From Octopus sinensis (lineage: Eukaryota): a DNA stretch of 37,054 bases. Position numbers and translations under genes: made by a program. This document shows positions 1 to 14,595 of the stretch, one piece after another (position 1 is the first letter of the stretch; the number at the start of each line of letters is the position of its first letter). Below the pieces are notes generated by a model. The model was not told the origin of the DNA. It ran no database searches and saw only the letters and a list, made by a program, of their open reading frames with translations. The DNA lies in NCBI RefSeq assembly GCF_006345805.1, contig NW_021836826.1, forward strand, positions 1 through 37,054, given 5' to 3'.

Positions 1-195
1 CAAGTTAATGCATTGTTTTTTTTAAACAAGTATTCACAAGTTCACATAAATTATCATAATTCATGTAAATTATCGAAATATTAGGGGGAGCACAGTGGAG
101 GGTGGGGTAGTGGATTACATCATTCCCTAATGCTTGTTTTATACTTTATTTCATCGAAGCCAGTAATTTCGAATATTCAACTGGTGTTTGTTTCT

Positions 196-310
196 TCGAT
201 CCTAAAAAGGAAAAGTCGACCTCGTTGGAATTCGAACTTAGAACGTAAAGACACAACATGCCGCAGAGCATTTCGCCCAGCGTGCTAACGATTCTGGCCA
301 TGTCGCTGCC
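196..310 (-). mobile_element. tRNA-headed SINE family A, diverged 5' part
   Basis: Reverse complement matches the head and body of the family-A copies at 2810 and 7836. Confidence 0.75.
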
Positions 311-339
311 TTTCTAATCTTATAATATTCTTAGACCTC

Positions 340-505
340 TGTCTTTGCGTTCCGAGTTCAAATTCCGCCGAGGTCGACTTTGCCTTTCATCCTTTCGGAG
401 GTCGATAAACTAAGTACCAACTGCGTACTGGGAGGTCGATCTAATCGACTGGCCCTCTCCCACAAACTTTTGGGCCTTGTGCCTATACAAGAAAGGATTA
501 TTACT
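340..505 (+). mobile_element. SINE family A, 5'-truncated copy running into a (GTA)n tract
   Basis: Contains gagttcaaattccgccgaggtcgactttgcctttcatcctttcgg...taagtaccaa, shared with other family-A copies. Confidence 0.85.
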
Positions 506-508
506 ATT

Positions 509-562
<54 letters not shown>

Positions 563-640
563 GTATTGGTGGTAGTGGTGGTGGTGGTGGTGGTGGTGGT
601 GGTGGTGGTGGTGGTGGTAGTGGTAGTAGTAATAGTAGTT
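506..640. repeat. (GTA)n/(GTG)n microsatellite
   Basis: Read directly; explains the poly-T and poly-V ORFs 358..699 and 380..784. Confidence 0.95.
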
Positions 641-931
641 CGGTGGGATGACAGAATCATTAGCATGTCAGAAGAAATACTTAGCAGCATTTCGTCCACG
701 GGGGTTAACTTTGTTTTTCATCCTTTCGGGTTCGATAAATTAAGTACCAGTTGCATACTGGCCCCCTTAGGGCCTTGTGCCTAGAGTAGAAAAGAATATT
801 CTTAGAGCTCTTCAGTAAATTTCCAGGCTTCTTTTCTCTTTTATCGCTTGAGAATAAGTTTCATAATGCTAATGATAATTATAATTTTAATTGAGTAAAA
901 TTAGTTTCGTCTTAATGTAGAATGAAATTTT

Positions 932-934
<3 letters not shown>

Positions 935-990
<56 letters not shown>
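935..990. repeat. (TG)n microsatellite
   Basis: Read directly. Confidence 0.95.
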
Positions 991-994
<4 letters not shown>

Positions 995-1117
995 TGCTAT
1001 GAATTATTCTGAATGAAGACATATTCGGTGTTTCAGATTCAGCTTTGGATCTTTGGATTTCAATTCAAAAGTTATCTATTATATAAGAAATGAAATTATT
1101 ATCATGTGGCTGTTACC

Positions 1118-1267
1118 TAGCTGTTCGGCAAAAAAGACCGATAGAATAAGTACTGGGCTTAGAAAAGAATAAGTCCCGGGGTCGAGTTGCTCGATTAAAG
1201 GTGGTATTCCAGCATGGCCGCAGTCAAATGACTGAAACAAGTAAAAGAGTAAAAGAGAGAGTAAGAG
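1118..1267 (+). mobile_element. SINE family B, 3' half
   Basis: cggcaaaaaagaccgatagaataagtactgggc...gtcaaatgactgaaacaagtaaaagag matches the 3' half of the copies at 18509 and 30567. Confidence 0.9.
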
Positions 1268-1874
1268 AGCATGCCGGTATCGAAAGCACTGTGCTACGCT
1301 TGCGCACCCAGCATTGGTTTCGAATTTTGATACAAGGCCAGGAATCTCAGTGAAGGGTGTAAGCAGGATCGGATTTAAACCATGAGGGGGAGGCCCAAGG
1401 CACTTCAAATGCGGTGGGCCCCTGATGCACAAGAATTAAAATCTTATAAAATTACCGAATTTAAATTTCAAACCCCATGTATTTCATGTAATTGAGTTTG
1501 ATGAGTTAAATAAATGATTGAAAATATCGCTTTATAGATACACTTCAAAATCCAAATTTCGCTTTTCACACATCCACTTTCGGTGGGGTAGAATGGGTAA
1601 GATTTTTTTTCTTTTAACGTGAGTTACAAATGTTTCAGAACGTGGAAATTACGAAAAAGTTTTTAAAAAATCATTTTTGTGGTTGTTGCTGTTCCAAAGG
1701 CATGATGAGTTGTGCATCAGGGGCCCACCGCACTTGAAGTGCCTTGGGCCTCCCCCTCATGGTTTAAATCCGATCCTGCTTACACCCTTCACTGAGATTC
1801 CTGGCCTTGTATCAAAATTCGAAACCAATGCTGGGTGCGCAAGCGTAGCACAGTGCTTTCGATACCGGCATGCT
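1268..1874. repeat. 165-bp inverted repeat (arms 1268-1432 and 1710-1874, 1 mismatch, 277-bp spacer)
   Basis: The arms are reverse complements except one C/T. The ORF track gives the same peptide stretch on opposite strands (1079..1432 -, 1677..1892 +). Confidence 0.95.
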
Positions 1875-2176
1875 GGAGACACCAACATTTAAAAACACGG
1901 ATTTAAAAAATTCCCTTAAAACGGCTTTCATTCACTGTTTTGCAATACGTGAAATAAAAGGAGCGGGGTAGGGGGAGTCCCGACGAAAACGAGAAAAATC
2001 TAGGTTTTGACTGTCTCAGCGTACGAAAATCACCGGTTTTCGATGAAGAGAGGTCCCAATGCAAATTCTCATATCGTTTTTCCAGTAACTTTTCGTCACT
2101 GATTTCGAAAAACTGTCTGCAAGCAATAATAAATCTCTGAACGAGGTATAAACAGTAACTGCACGACAATGTGAGG

Positions 2177-2427
2177 TATACTTGCCATCTCAGGGACCTC
2201 CCTTCATCGAAAACCGGTGATTGTCGTACGCTGAGGACAGGTCAAAACCTAGAAACTGCAATCCGTGCGTATCACTTAGATTGACGAGAGAAGGGTGACC
2301 TACCTTTGCAAATTCCATAAGAGCACAGTAAGTGTGCCTAAAGCCAGCTGGAGACGATGTTCTCCTGGGGCTACAAGCTACAGTAACACCACCCTTAGTG
2401 GTTAGCCATATTGAGATGGCAAGTATA
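2177..2427 (+). mobile_element. Hammerhead-bearing short repeat, putative Penelope-like terminal repeat; 16-bp inverted ends
   Basis: 3' part (ctcctggggctacaagctacagtaac...gttagccatattgagatggcaa) is homologous to 19945-20185 (-), 22749-23026 and 26005-26175. tatacttgccatctca (2177-2192) is the reverse complement of 2412-2427. The Penelope assignment is inference. Confidence 0.6.
2225..2269 (+). ncRNA. Degenerate minimal type I hammerhead ribozyme motif
   Basis: Helix I CGTACG/CGTGCG (6 bp); core CTGAGGA (2231-2237); helix II AGGT/ACCT with a C.A mismatch at its base; GAAA (2252-2255); near-palindromic ACTGCAAT; ATC cleavage triplet at 2261-2263. Confidence 0.55.
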
Positions 2428-2473
2428 TATATATATATATATAATATATATACATATATATATATATTATATT

Positions 2474-2517
<44 letters not shown>

Positions 2518-2809
2518 ATATATGTATTGTTTAATTCGCAAAGCGTTGTGTTAGTTAATGATGGTCTTTGAGACTACTTCGTAATCTGATATTATCCGCG
2601 GAAAGACATTTCCCGTTGAGATTGTTATAGGAAACATAATCCACTTGGGTGTTAACAATATTGAAGAGTTTCATCTCCTGTGGGTTTGCGAGAATCGGTT
2701 TCATTGAAATCGTGTTAGTATACCAAATCCACATGAATGCATGGGGGAGGTTTTCTTTTCCATAGCATTAATGATAGCAACGTTATGTTTTAATGATATA
2801 TTCTGCTAA

Positions 2810-3225
2810 GGCGGCGAGCGGGCAGAAACGTTAGCACGCCAGACGAAATGCTAAGCGGTATTTCGTCTGCCGTTACGTTCTGAGTCCAAATTCCGCCGAG
2901 GTCGATTTTGCTTTCCATCCTTTCGGGGGCGATAAATTAAGTACCAGTTACGCACTGGGGTCGATGTAATCGACTTAATCCGTTTGTCTGTCCTTGTTTG
3001 TCCCCTCTATATTTAGCCCCTTGTGGGTAATAAAGAAACAGGTATTTCGTCTGCCGCTACGATCTGAGTTCAAATTCCGCCGAGGTTGACTTTGCCTTTC
3101 ATCCTTTCGGGGTCGATTAAGTAAGTACCAGTTACACACTGGATCCGATATAATCGACTTAATCCGTTTGTCTGTCATTGTTTGTCCTCTCTGTTTAGCC
3201 CCTTGTGGTCTGTAAAGAAATAAGA
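2810..3225 (+). mobile_element. SINE family A, head plus two tandem body units (~184-bp period)
   Basis: Head ggcggcgagcgggcagaaacgttagc; the body repeats after the junction ...aataaagaaacaggtatttcgtctgcc. Confidence 0.9.
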
Positions 3226-3528
3226 ATCATTAGCAGGACAGGAAAAGTGCTTAGCGATATTGCGTTGATCTTCACGTTCTCAAGTTCAAATCTCGCCTTG
3301 GTCGATTTTACATTTTATTTTTCGGGATCGACAAAATCAGGACCAGTTGATCACTGGGCGTCGATGAAATCGACTTACATCTTAACCCCAAAATGATGAT
3401 ATAAGCATTCTGGAGAGATAAAAAAAAGGAGAAAGCATATACCAGAGAGAGAGAGAGAGAGAGAGAGAGGAAGAAAGAAAGAGAAAAGGCGAGAAGAGAG
3501 AGTTATGTGATGCAAAGGAAAACATAAA

Positions 3529-3784
3529 AATAAATGCGCCCTTTTAAAGCCTAGCCAGGCTCATGGGCCCAGTTTCCCGGTTTCTATGGCGTATGTTGTT
3601 CCCCAGCTGGATGGGACGCCAGTCCATCGCAGCGTAACTCATTTCAGCCAGCTGAGTGGACTGGAGCAATGTGAAATGAAGTGTTTTGCTCAATAAGACA
3701 ACGCGTAGCCCGGTCCAGGAATCGAAACTACAATCTTACGATCATGATGCTGACGCCCTAACCACTAAGCCACGCGCCTCCACT
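3529..3784 (-). mobile_element. SINE family C, full length, ~15-bp TSD
   Basis: Reverse complement is nearly identical to 8817-9068. Flanks are aaaggaaaacataaa (3514-3528) and aaaggaaaatataaa (3785-3799). Confidence 0.9.
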
Positions 3785-4043
3785 AAAGGAAAATATAAAG
3801 GAAAGCGAAATAGATAACGATATATATAGTCGGAGAGGAAAGAGACTGATTGGGGGTCACATAGGTTTCAGTGAGTTTCAGGAAGAGGCGATAGAAAAAA
3901 AACCACGGAGATTCAGCACTTTTGTGGAAGCGAGGGTGGGAGGGCGGATGGTTACATACAAGGAAAGAAGGAGAAGAAAATTGCGATACACACGCACACA
4001 CTACTAAGTCGCATATATACAAATATTATATTCACATATACAT

Positions 4044-4630
4044 ATGTGTGTGTATGTATATATGCATATATGTGTGTATGTATGTATGTGTGTATGTATG
4101 TATGTATGTGTGTATGAATGTGTGTATGTATGTATGTATGTATGTATGTATGTATGTATGTATGTATGTATGTATGTATGGATGGATGGATGTGTGTATG
4201 TATGTATGTATGTATGTATGTATGTGTATGTATGTAATTTATGTATGTATGTATGTGTGTATGTATGTATGTATGTGTGTATGTATGTATGTATGTGTGT
4301 ATGTATGTATGTATGCATGTATGCATGTATGTATGTGTGTATGTATGTGTGTATGTAAGTATGTGTGTATGTATGTATATATGTAGGTATGTATGTATGT
4401 GTGTATGTATATATTGTTTGTGTGTATATATGTATGTGTGTGTGTATGTATGTATGTATGTATGTTTGTGTGTATATATGTATGTAAGTGTGTATGTATG
4501 TATGTATGTATGTATGTATGTATGCATGTATACATGTGTTTATGTATATGTATGTGTGTATGTATGTGTGTATGTATGTATGTATGTATGCATGTATGTA
4601 TGTATGTATGTAATTTATGTATGTATGTGT
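4044..4630. repeat. Long compound (TATG)n/(TG)n microsatellite
   Basis: Read directly; source of the MYVC/HTYI ORFs. Confidence 0.95.
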
Positions 4631-4869
4631 GTAGAACTGAAAATCATAACAGTATGAAAAATATATTCAGGATATTTTAAAGTTAATGATCACATGTATT
4701 TGCATAAGCATGAAATCGCTGGCACCAACACAGAAACGCGCTCAGAATTGCACACACAATTTGTTCCTACATATACATACACAAACAGACACAGAGGCAA
4801 GCGCAAACACACATACTTTTTCGTACGTGCATGTGTATGTCTCACTCTCTCTCTCACTCTATCTCTCTT

Positions 4870-7290
<2,421 letters not shown>

Positions 7291-7835
7291 TACATATATA
7301 TTAGCATACTTTTAAATGACAACTACATACAAATATACACACACACATATATGTATATACACATACACATAAACACACAATAGCTCCAACGACAATTGTG
7401 AACACCACTACCAGCATCATCACCATTAACCACTCCCACCATCAATACTACCTTCACAATCACCTCCCACTACCACCATCACCACCATCATTATTACCTG
7501 CACCATAATTACAACAATTACTACTGCAGAGTAACACTAAATACGAAATTTACCTCATCATCAGGTGTAGCCACAAATCCAATAAATCAAGGAACGATAT
7601 CAAAAATGGCCCCAATGTGTTGTCGCTTGTCCTTCCTGAAATAGCAGTGGATTTTGCCTCCAATTACATTTCACCGTGTTATTGGGTAATATAGTAGTAA
7701 TTATATGATTCATATTTACACCATGCCTATCTAAACAAATCTATCACTACTCGACCTCGAGTTGCCTCTTAGTGTCATGGGCACAAATATCTTAAATTTA
7801 AAAATAAAAGCATAAATGATATTCTCTGCATTTAA

Positions 7836-8396
7836 GGCGGTTAGCTGGCAGAAACGTTAGCACGCCGGGCAAAATGCTCAGCGGTATTTCGTCAGCCGTT
7901 ACGTTCTGAGTTCAAATTCAGCCGAGGTCGACTTTGCCTTTCTTCCTTTCGAGGTCGATTAAGTAAGTACCAGTTACGCTCTGGGGTCGATGTAATCGAC
8001 TTAATCCGTTTGTCTGTCCTTGTTGTTCCCTCTATGTTTAGTCCCTTGTGGGTAGTAAAGAATAGGTATGCCGCTACGTTCTGAGTTCAAATTCCGCCGA
8101 GGTCGACTTTGCCTTTCTTCCTTTCGAGGTCGATGAAATATGTACCAGTTACGCACTAGGGGTCGATATAATCGACTTAATCCGTTTGTCTGTCCTTGTT
8201 TGTCCTCTGTGTTTAGCCCCTTGTGGGTAATAAAGAAATAGGTATGCCGCTACGTTCTGAGTTCAAATTCCGCCTAGGTCGACTTTGCCTTTCATCCTTT
8301 CGAGGTTGATTAAGTAAGTGCCAGTTACGCACTGGGGTCGATGTAATCGACTTAATCCCTTTGTCTGTCTCTCTTTGTCTCCTCTATATTTAGCCC
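7836..8396 (+). mobile_element. SINE family A, head plus three tandem body units (175-176-bp period)
   Basis: gttctgagttcaaattc recurs at 7903, 8078 and 8254. Confidence 0.92.
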
Positions 8397-8439
8397 TAAT
8401 ATGGATTATCTATTTCCAGAGTTAAAAATTGGATTTGCG

Positions 8440-8690
8440 TAGTGCTGACATCCGTAGCTAAAAAAGAACAAAATTAAAGATGCGCGGATGAAAATCCGAA
8501 ACCAGGAAGACCGGGGAGACGAACACCTTCCCCTAGAGAAGCCTATGACGCAATATAGTAGGATCCGAGTGGAAGATACAAGGCGAAGACCCAACTGGAT
8601 AGGAGCAGAAAAGATAGTCCAGAGTCAAGAACAGTAGTGAAACGTCATTGATGGCCTATAGTCTATAAGGATCGAAGGGATTCGGTAAGA
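8440..8690 (+). mobile_element. Decayed 3' end of an RTE-type LINE ORF2
   Basis: The interrupted translation ...VEDTRRRPNWIGAEKIVQSQEQ**NVIDGL*SIRIEG resembles, from memory, RTE C-termini (W..LE..AQDR..W...V.GL.S). Confidence 0.45.
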
Positions 8691-8816
8691 AATTAATGTG
8701 TCTTAAAGACGGATTAAAATCCAACCCGAAACACAGCTGTAGCTGTTGAAATGAAACTTTTGGAATAAATTGTGAGTGTGAAACATTTAATATTATCATT
8801 CATCAATGTGAAAATC

Positions 8817-9068
8817 GTGGAGGCGCGTGGCTTAGTGGTTAGGGTGTCAGCTCCTTGATCGTAAGATTGTGGTTTCGATTCCTTGACCGTTGTGTTCTTG
8901 AGCAAAACAATTCATTTCACGTTGCTCCAGTCCACTCAGCTGGCAAAAATGAGTAACGCTGCGATGGACTGGCGTCCCGTCCAGATGGGAAACACATACG
9001 CCATTGAAACCGGGGAAACTGGGCTCAAGAGCCTGGCTAGACTTTAAAAGGGCGCACTTATTTATTTT
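8817..9068 (+). mobile_element. SINE family C, full length, 12-bp TSD
   Basis: tRNA-like head ggaggcgcgtggcttagtggttagg...gtttcgattcc; aatgtgaaaatc at 8805-8816 and 9069-9080. Confidence 0.92.
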
Positions 9069-9781
9069 AATGTGAAAATCACCAACATGGGTGTTTAAAC
9101 AGCATTGTAGTCCTCTGAGCAACGAGATGCACTGGTGGCTAAGAGTATTTATTTATTGATAGATATATAAATAGATATACAGCTAAATAACAATCAACAA
9201 TCTTTTACAAGAAATATCACCAATACAACGACATAATACAATGAAGTGCATCCCCCATTAAAGTAGTACTTAATCTATTCATACAACTTTGTATTAATAA
9301 ATTATTAGTGAATTCACAGTAGTGAGTACCAGATAGATATATAGATTAGCAATTTGCTTTTAGCCCCATGGGGCTCCCAAGAAACAACCAGTGTATTCAT
9401 GCCTTTAGAAGTCAATAGTCTCAAATGGATCACTTAGCTACAACACTATACAATTATCCTGTTCTTTTTATATTCGGTTAAATAACAATCAACAGTCTTT
9501 TACTAAATATCACTAACAAAACAACATAATAGAATGAAATGCTGCCTCCACTTTTGTAATACTTAACGTTTTTATGCCCCATCGTATTAATAAATTAGTA
9601 CCAGTGATACACCGTATTACGGAATACACCTGCAGATTACTACACATAAACCGTGATGTTTACGTTCGCCTATATATTCAGTGTTTGTTAAAATTTATAG
9701 ATACATTCAATTGTTCGGTATAGTACTAACCTATAATATATTACTTTAAAAACTCCTACAGTATCTCAAGATTCCCCACCT

Positions 9782-10088
9782 AAAGATTGTTGTTTGTTCC
9801 TTCTCGAGCCACGCCTGGCTCATAAGGGTCGGTTTCCCGGTTTGTTTGGCGTATAGGCCCACCTTGATGGGACGCCGGTCCGTCGCAGGTGAGCTGCAAG
9901 ATGCAGGAGGAAAGAGTGAGAGAAAGTTGTGGCGAAAGAGTCAGCAGAAGTTCACCATTGCCTTCTGCCGGAACCGCGTGGAGCTTAGGTGTTTCGCTCA
10001 TAAACACACATATCGCTCGGTCTGAGATTCGAACCCGCAATCCCTGGACTGCGAGTCCGCTGCTCTAACCACTAGGCCATATGCCGCC
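9782..10088 (-). mobile_element. SINE family D with a well-preserved tRNA-like head
   Basis: Minus strand reads ggcatatggcctagtggttagagcagcggactcgcagtccagggattgcgggttcgaatctc (A and B boxes). The 5' body is shared with family E and the 3' body resembles family C. Confidence 0.85.
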
Positions 10089-11184
10089 ACATTCAAAGAT
10101 TACATATCTCGTTTTCATATTAATATATTGAAAACATATTCAATAACATCAACCGCTTTAATAGTTTTATATGAAACACAAATTAATTGGATAATTATGA
10201 GTACTATGAAAGGCAATTAAAGGTCTCACGTGAATGTAAGAAATCGAAAATTGAAACTGGATCACGAAATTAGATCATGAAAATATTTTGGTTCTTACAA
10301 TAACAACGATAAAAATCGCTTTCAAATTATCACTGATATTCTCAATCACGTAGTTCATAGCCTTAATCCGCCTCTTCTACAAATTATACCGCTATCATTC
10401 CTATACATTCTCATGCACTAAATATTCTAGATAGATGCAAATATTCTTGATGATGTAGCTAAATATTCTCAATTCGCTGTTTTTGTGCTGATGTATTGTC
10501 TTCGTTTAATGCCTAGTTAACATTAAGGTCTCATTTATTAAATTCATATCTTGCTTCTGCACCATATAATGACGCCATGAAAATTCCATAATGAAATAGT
10601 TTGTAGATAAAGTTATAATCAATTCAAATATAAATCAAATTTGCAACCAGTTGTGCTCTCTATATATGCTGCATTTATGTAATATACTTAATCCTGATGA
10701 GTTTTCCCGTTTTCTTCTCTTGGCGGTAAAATGCGCTTGATTGTCAAACGCTTACCTGCTTTGAATCTTTAATGAACCATGAAACCATTTTAATAATGCT
10801 TTTTCTTCTTTCATTTTCTTGATGCATTAAAGTTGAGCGATTACTCTCGTCAGCCACAAATAAAATTTGATCTTCTGTAGATATCTTTAACCGTGGAACT
10901 AATGATGTACATTCGTGCAATCCGAAGAAAGATGTGCTGATCCAAAGTGCTGTTGCTACTTAAAGAAGGATATTATATCACTTTGCGTTACTTAAAGCTT
11001 CAGTTTAAAATGACTGAATATTTTGTCCTTTGTCACATTTTTGCTATCTCATACGATACGAATTGCCTCTCCAATCAGTCGAATCACAAACTTGGAGCCC
11101 CTATGAAAAGTGGAATAAATATACATAATAGATAAAAGTGAAACAACTACAACTGGGAAGTCAAGATTTCAAGGAGAAAAAAAG

Positions 11185-11375
11185 CTGACCCCCTACCCTT
11201 CGCTATGATAGATCGCTAGCCACTACACATTCTTTCTGGGTTCCTTTCTGTGAAAGAGCGTAGGCTCGAAACGTTAAGGACTTTTTCACTTCCCGAGTGT
11301 TATATCAATATATCTGTTTGTTGTCTACACCACCTGTCTTCGTCTTTTGTTTTTATTTTTGTGAATTCCCCCCAT
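11185..11375 (+). mobile_element. Putative Penelope-like terminal repeat with a hammerhead-like motif at 11242-11280
   Basis: TCCTT-tctgtgaaa-GAGC gtag GCTC-GAAA-CGTT-AAGGA. Helices I and II and an ACGT palindrome are present but the core is non-canonical. Confidence 0.45.
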
Positions 11376-11886
11376 ATATTACACGCTCACATGGTCGTAC
11401 CAGTTGATCCTGTCTCCTCTCATCACACCTGAACTTCTACGGATTCTACCTGTCTTCTCTCATCACCCACCAACTTGTACTGGACTTTCTACAGTTCAGC
11501 TGCACCTCTCCTGCTTATGGATTACACTGGACTCCTCTGTTGAGGAAAAATTTCTCAATGACACCCGTTTAATATTTCTCAGTCAGCATTTGATATATTG
11601 TAGTGGAACTGTTAAAGACCAGGTCGCAGTAAATGGTTAATGTATGTCTTCTACTTGCTAGACAAGTACATCTCCGAAATTTTGACCATGTTAAGAACAA
11701 AAATTATTTACATCAAAAAGGTGCTTTTTTTATATGAAGATGCCTATTTTTTACGATTTTTTGACCGCTGTGTCGCCATTTTTAGTGCATTTCAACTAGA
11801 AAAATGTTCACTTAAAGAGAATAACAAGCTACATAATGCAAAATTTTTACTTTTCAAAAATTCCAAATCTAAAGGGTCGAAACAAA

Positions 11887-11915
11887 CCCGAGCAACGCCG
11901 GGCGATACTGCCAGT
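11887..11915 (+). mobile_element. Helitron-like 3' terminus
   Basis: Short GC hairpin cccgagcaacgccggg followed 8 nt later by ccag-t (CTAG-like). Confidence 0.55.
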
Positions 11916-12955
11916 GTTATAATATATGAATATACAACATGCTCATATGTTGACGTTATACCTCAATATGATTATTTCCAGATTTATCTGCTGTAAATCG
12001 TACAGTACGGGTGGCTGCCATTTGAGTGAATTGTCCTTTTATGCTCTACGGAAATCACGTGTCTCCGACTTTCAGACAAGAATAAAAATATGTCTTACTC
12101 TTGCCAAATAGGCTTTTTGAAGATGAAAAACTTGTAGGAGCTGTACCAGACCATTTCTACTCGTATGACTACATCTAGCGTTGCATTTTGTGGAAATGTT
12201 CATAACAATTCTATACAGTGATAGCTGTACTAGTTATGTCGCACACTAAGCTTGGTGAAATAAATAAACCATTCTCATAGCTAAAGATGCATTCTCCTTA
12301 CTGTAACTCTATAAAACAATGATTTCTACACTTCACAAAAATTGTCTACAGACGTCGACAAAACATTGTTTATTTACCATTAACAAATCGATAAGTCTGC
12401 CACATAAGTACAACAAAATCGAAAGTAATCAAATTAGAGTGTGTCATTTGTGATGAATATAGCTGCATCGTTATTTGACTAAACTCGATATTCTGGAATC
12501 AGTGCAATACTAAAATGGCGGATATATTTTAGTAATATAATATTGAATACCAAAATTAGAATTGTTTAGTTTTCCTTTGTTTTGTTTTTATGCATGGAGA
12601 AGACTAATGTCAAAAATTCGAAACATTTTCTGCTTAACTACTTTATTTTCTTGCTAACTTTATAACTTGTAAAGTTCAACTTTAAGACAAATAAAATATT
12701 AAAATAATACAATATTTGTTATTTTTCGCAAGCATGTCTTGTCGAAGAGAACTTCGTAAATAAATTACGATAAAGAAAAGGCGAAATTTGTCTACACATA
12801 ATGTCTTCTTACGTAAGTTCAAGACAATAATGCATTTGTGAGAGGAAAAAGTTAGGGAGACGTAAACAAACTAACAGTCGTTGATAAGTCGTGGTAAAGG
12901 ACAAACAAAAAGGCACACACACACACACACTCACTCACACACACACACACACACA

Positions 12956-12995
<40 letters not shown>

Positions 12996-13049
12996 TGATG
13001 CGTCTCCACACGGTTTCATTCACAAGATGTTGACCTTCCTGGGATTATA

Positions 13050-13282
13050 TATCTCTTTACTGCCCACAAGGGGCTAAACATAGAGGAGACAAACAAGGAC
13101 AGGCAAGGGGATTAAGTCGATTATATCGACGCCAGTGCGTAACTGGTACTTAATTTATCGACACCGAAAGGATGAAAGGCAAAGCCGACCTAGGCGGAAT
13201 TTGAACTCAGAACGTAACGGCAGACGAAATACGGCTATGCATTTCGCTCGGCGTGCTAACGTTTCTGCCAGCTCGCCGCCTT
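13050..13282 (-). mobile_element. SINE family A monomer inserted into an older family-B fragment (about 13010-13387)
   Basis: TSD cttcctgggattata (13035-13049) and cttcctgggactata (13283-13297); family-B-like sequence lies on both sides. Confidence 0.88.
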
Positions 13283-13606
13283 CTTCCTGGGACTATAGTA
13301 GAAGACACTTGCCCAAGATGCCTTGCAGTGGGACTGATCCCGAAACCAATATGGTTACAAAGCGAGTTTCTTAACCACACAGCCACATCGAAGTGAAAAG
13401 AAAATGAACCAGGTGAGAAATAACTCATAGTGGCCATGGTTAGTATTTATACAACCAGAACAAATAAGGATATATTAAATAATATACAAGATAAACGCTT
13501 CATTTGTGGAAAAAAATATACCCTACCTCCAGGGTAGAACAATCGGTTTGCATCACTTGGTAACCACTGGGCAATTGCGCCTCTCACACACACGAACACG
13601 CATATA

Positions 13607-13643
<37 letters not shown>

Positions 13644-13734
13644 TATTTGCCAACTACGATTCCGAGCTGTTACTGTTTATCTCTCGCTCAGATATTTAAT
13701 GTAATTTATCTCTTTCTCTTTCTCACTCACTCAC

Positions 13735-13773
13735 TGTCTGTCTGTCTGTCTGTCTCTGTCTCTCTCTCTCTCT

Positions 13774-13857
<84 letters not shown>

Positions 13858-13867
13858 ATATATATAC

Positions 13868-13903
<36 letters not shown>

Positions 13904-14361
13904 CATGTATATATATATATATATATATGTGCCGAATTCATATTATGTATATCTGTATATTTTGTCTTGAGGCAAACTTCTCATAAAAGTATATATTTTG
14001 TATACTTAAATGCACAGAAGCAACCACGATATTATTCTTAATTACATATAATTTTAATGTTATATCTTCAGTTTTATTTTCATGTTATTATGTATTTATT
14101 TATATGTATTTTTGCTTGAGAATATTTTTCTTGATGTAAACATTCGGAATTGTTTCTCTGAAGGGTTTTTCGTAGATGATACACTAATTAGCGGTATGTG
14201 AGTGTGTGTGTGTGTGTGTGTATTTCATCTGCAAAAATTGTATTCAATGCTTATAAATTTAATAAGGATATGTTACTTTAAACGTCTATCTATGCATTTT
14301 ATGCCGTTTTGGCAATAACACCTACACACAAACGCACTTGCAACCTGTATTATATATGTAT

Positions 14362-14413
<52 letters not shown>

Positions 14414-14548
14414 ATATATATATATAATATATATATATATATTATATATACACATATATTACTTATATACACATATATTACTTATATATATATGTGGTGT
14501 ATGCATGTATGTGTGTATGCATATATGTATATACATACATGTATATAA

Positions 14549-14595
<47 letters not shown>
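13735..14595. repeat. (TCTG)n/(TC)n/(TA)n/(TG)n microsatellite cluster
   Basis: Read directly. Confidence 0.85.

Noticed and set aside
7836-8396. Regularly spaced repeats that might suggest a CRISPR array or retrozyme
   Set aside because: The units are ~175-bp SINE bodies with no unique spacers and no ribozyme core, in a eukaryotic context.
10010-10088. tRNA-like sequence on the minus strand
   Set aside because: It continues directly into a SINE body shared with other copies, so it is a SINE head, not a tRNA gene.
10690-10860. CTGATGAG at about 10696 (+) and CTGACGA-GAGT..GCTC at about 10850 (-)
   Set aside because: Neither has GAAA after helix II or a helix I partner, so they are not hammerheads.
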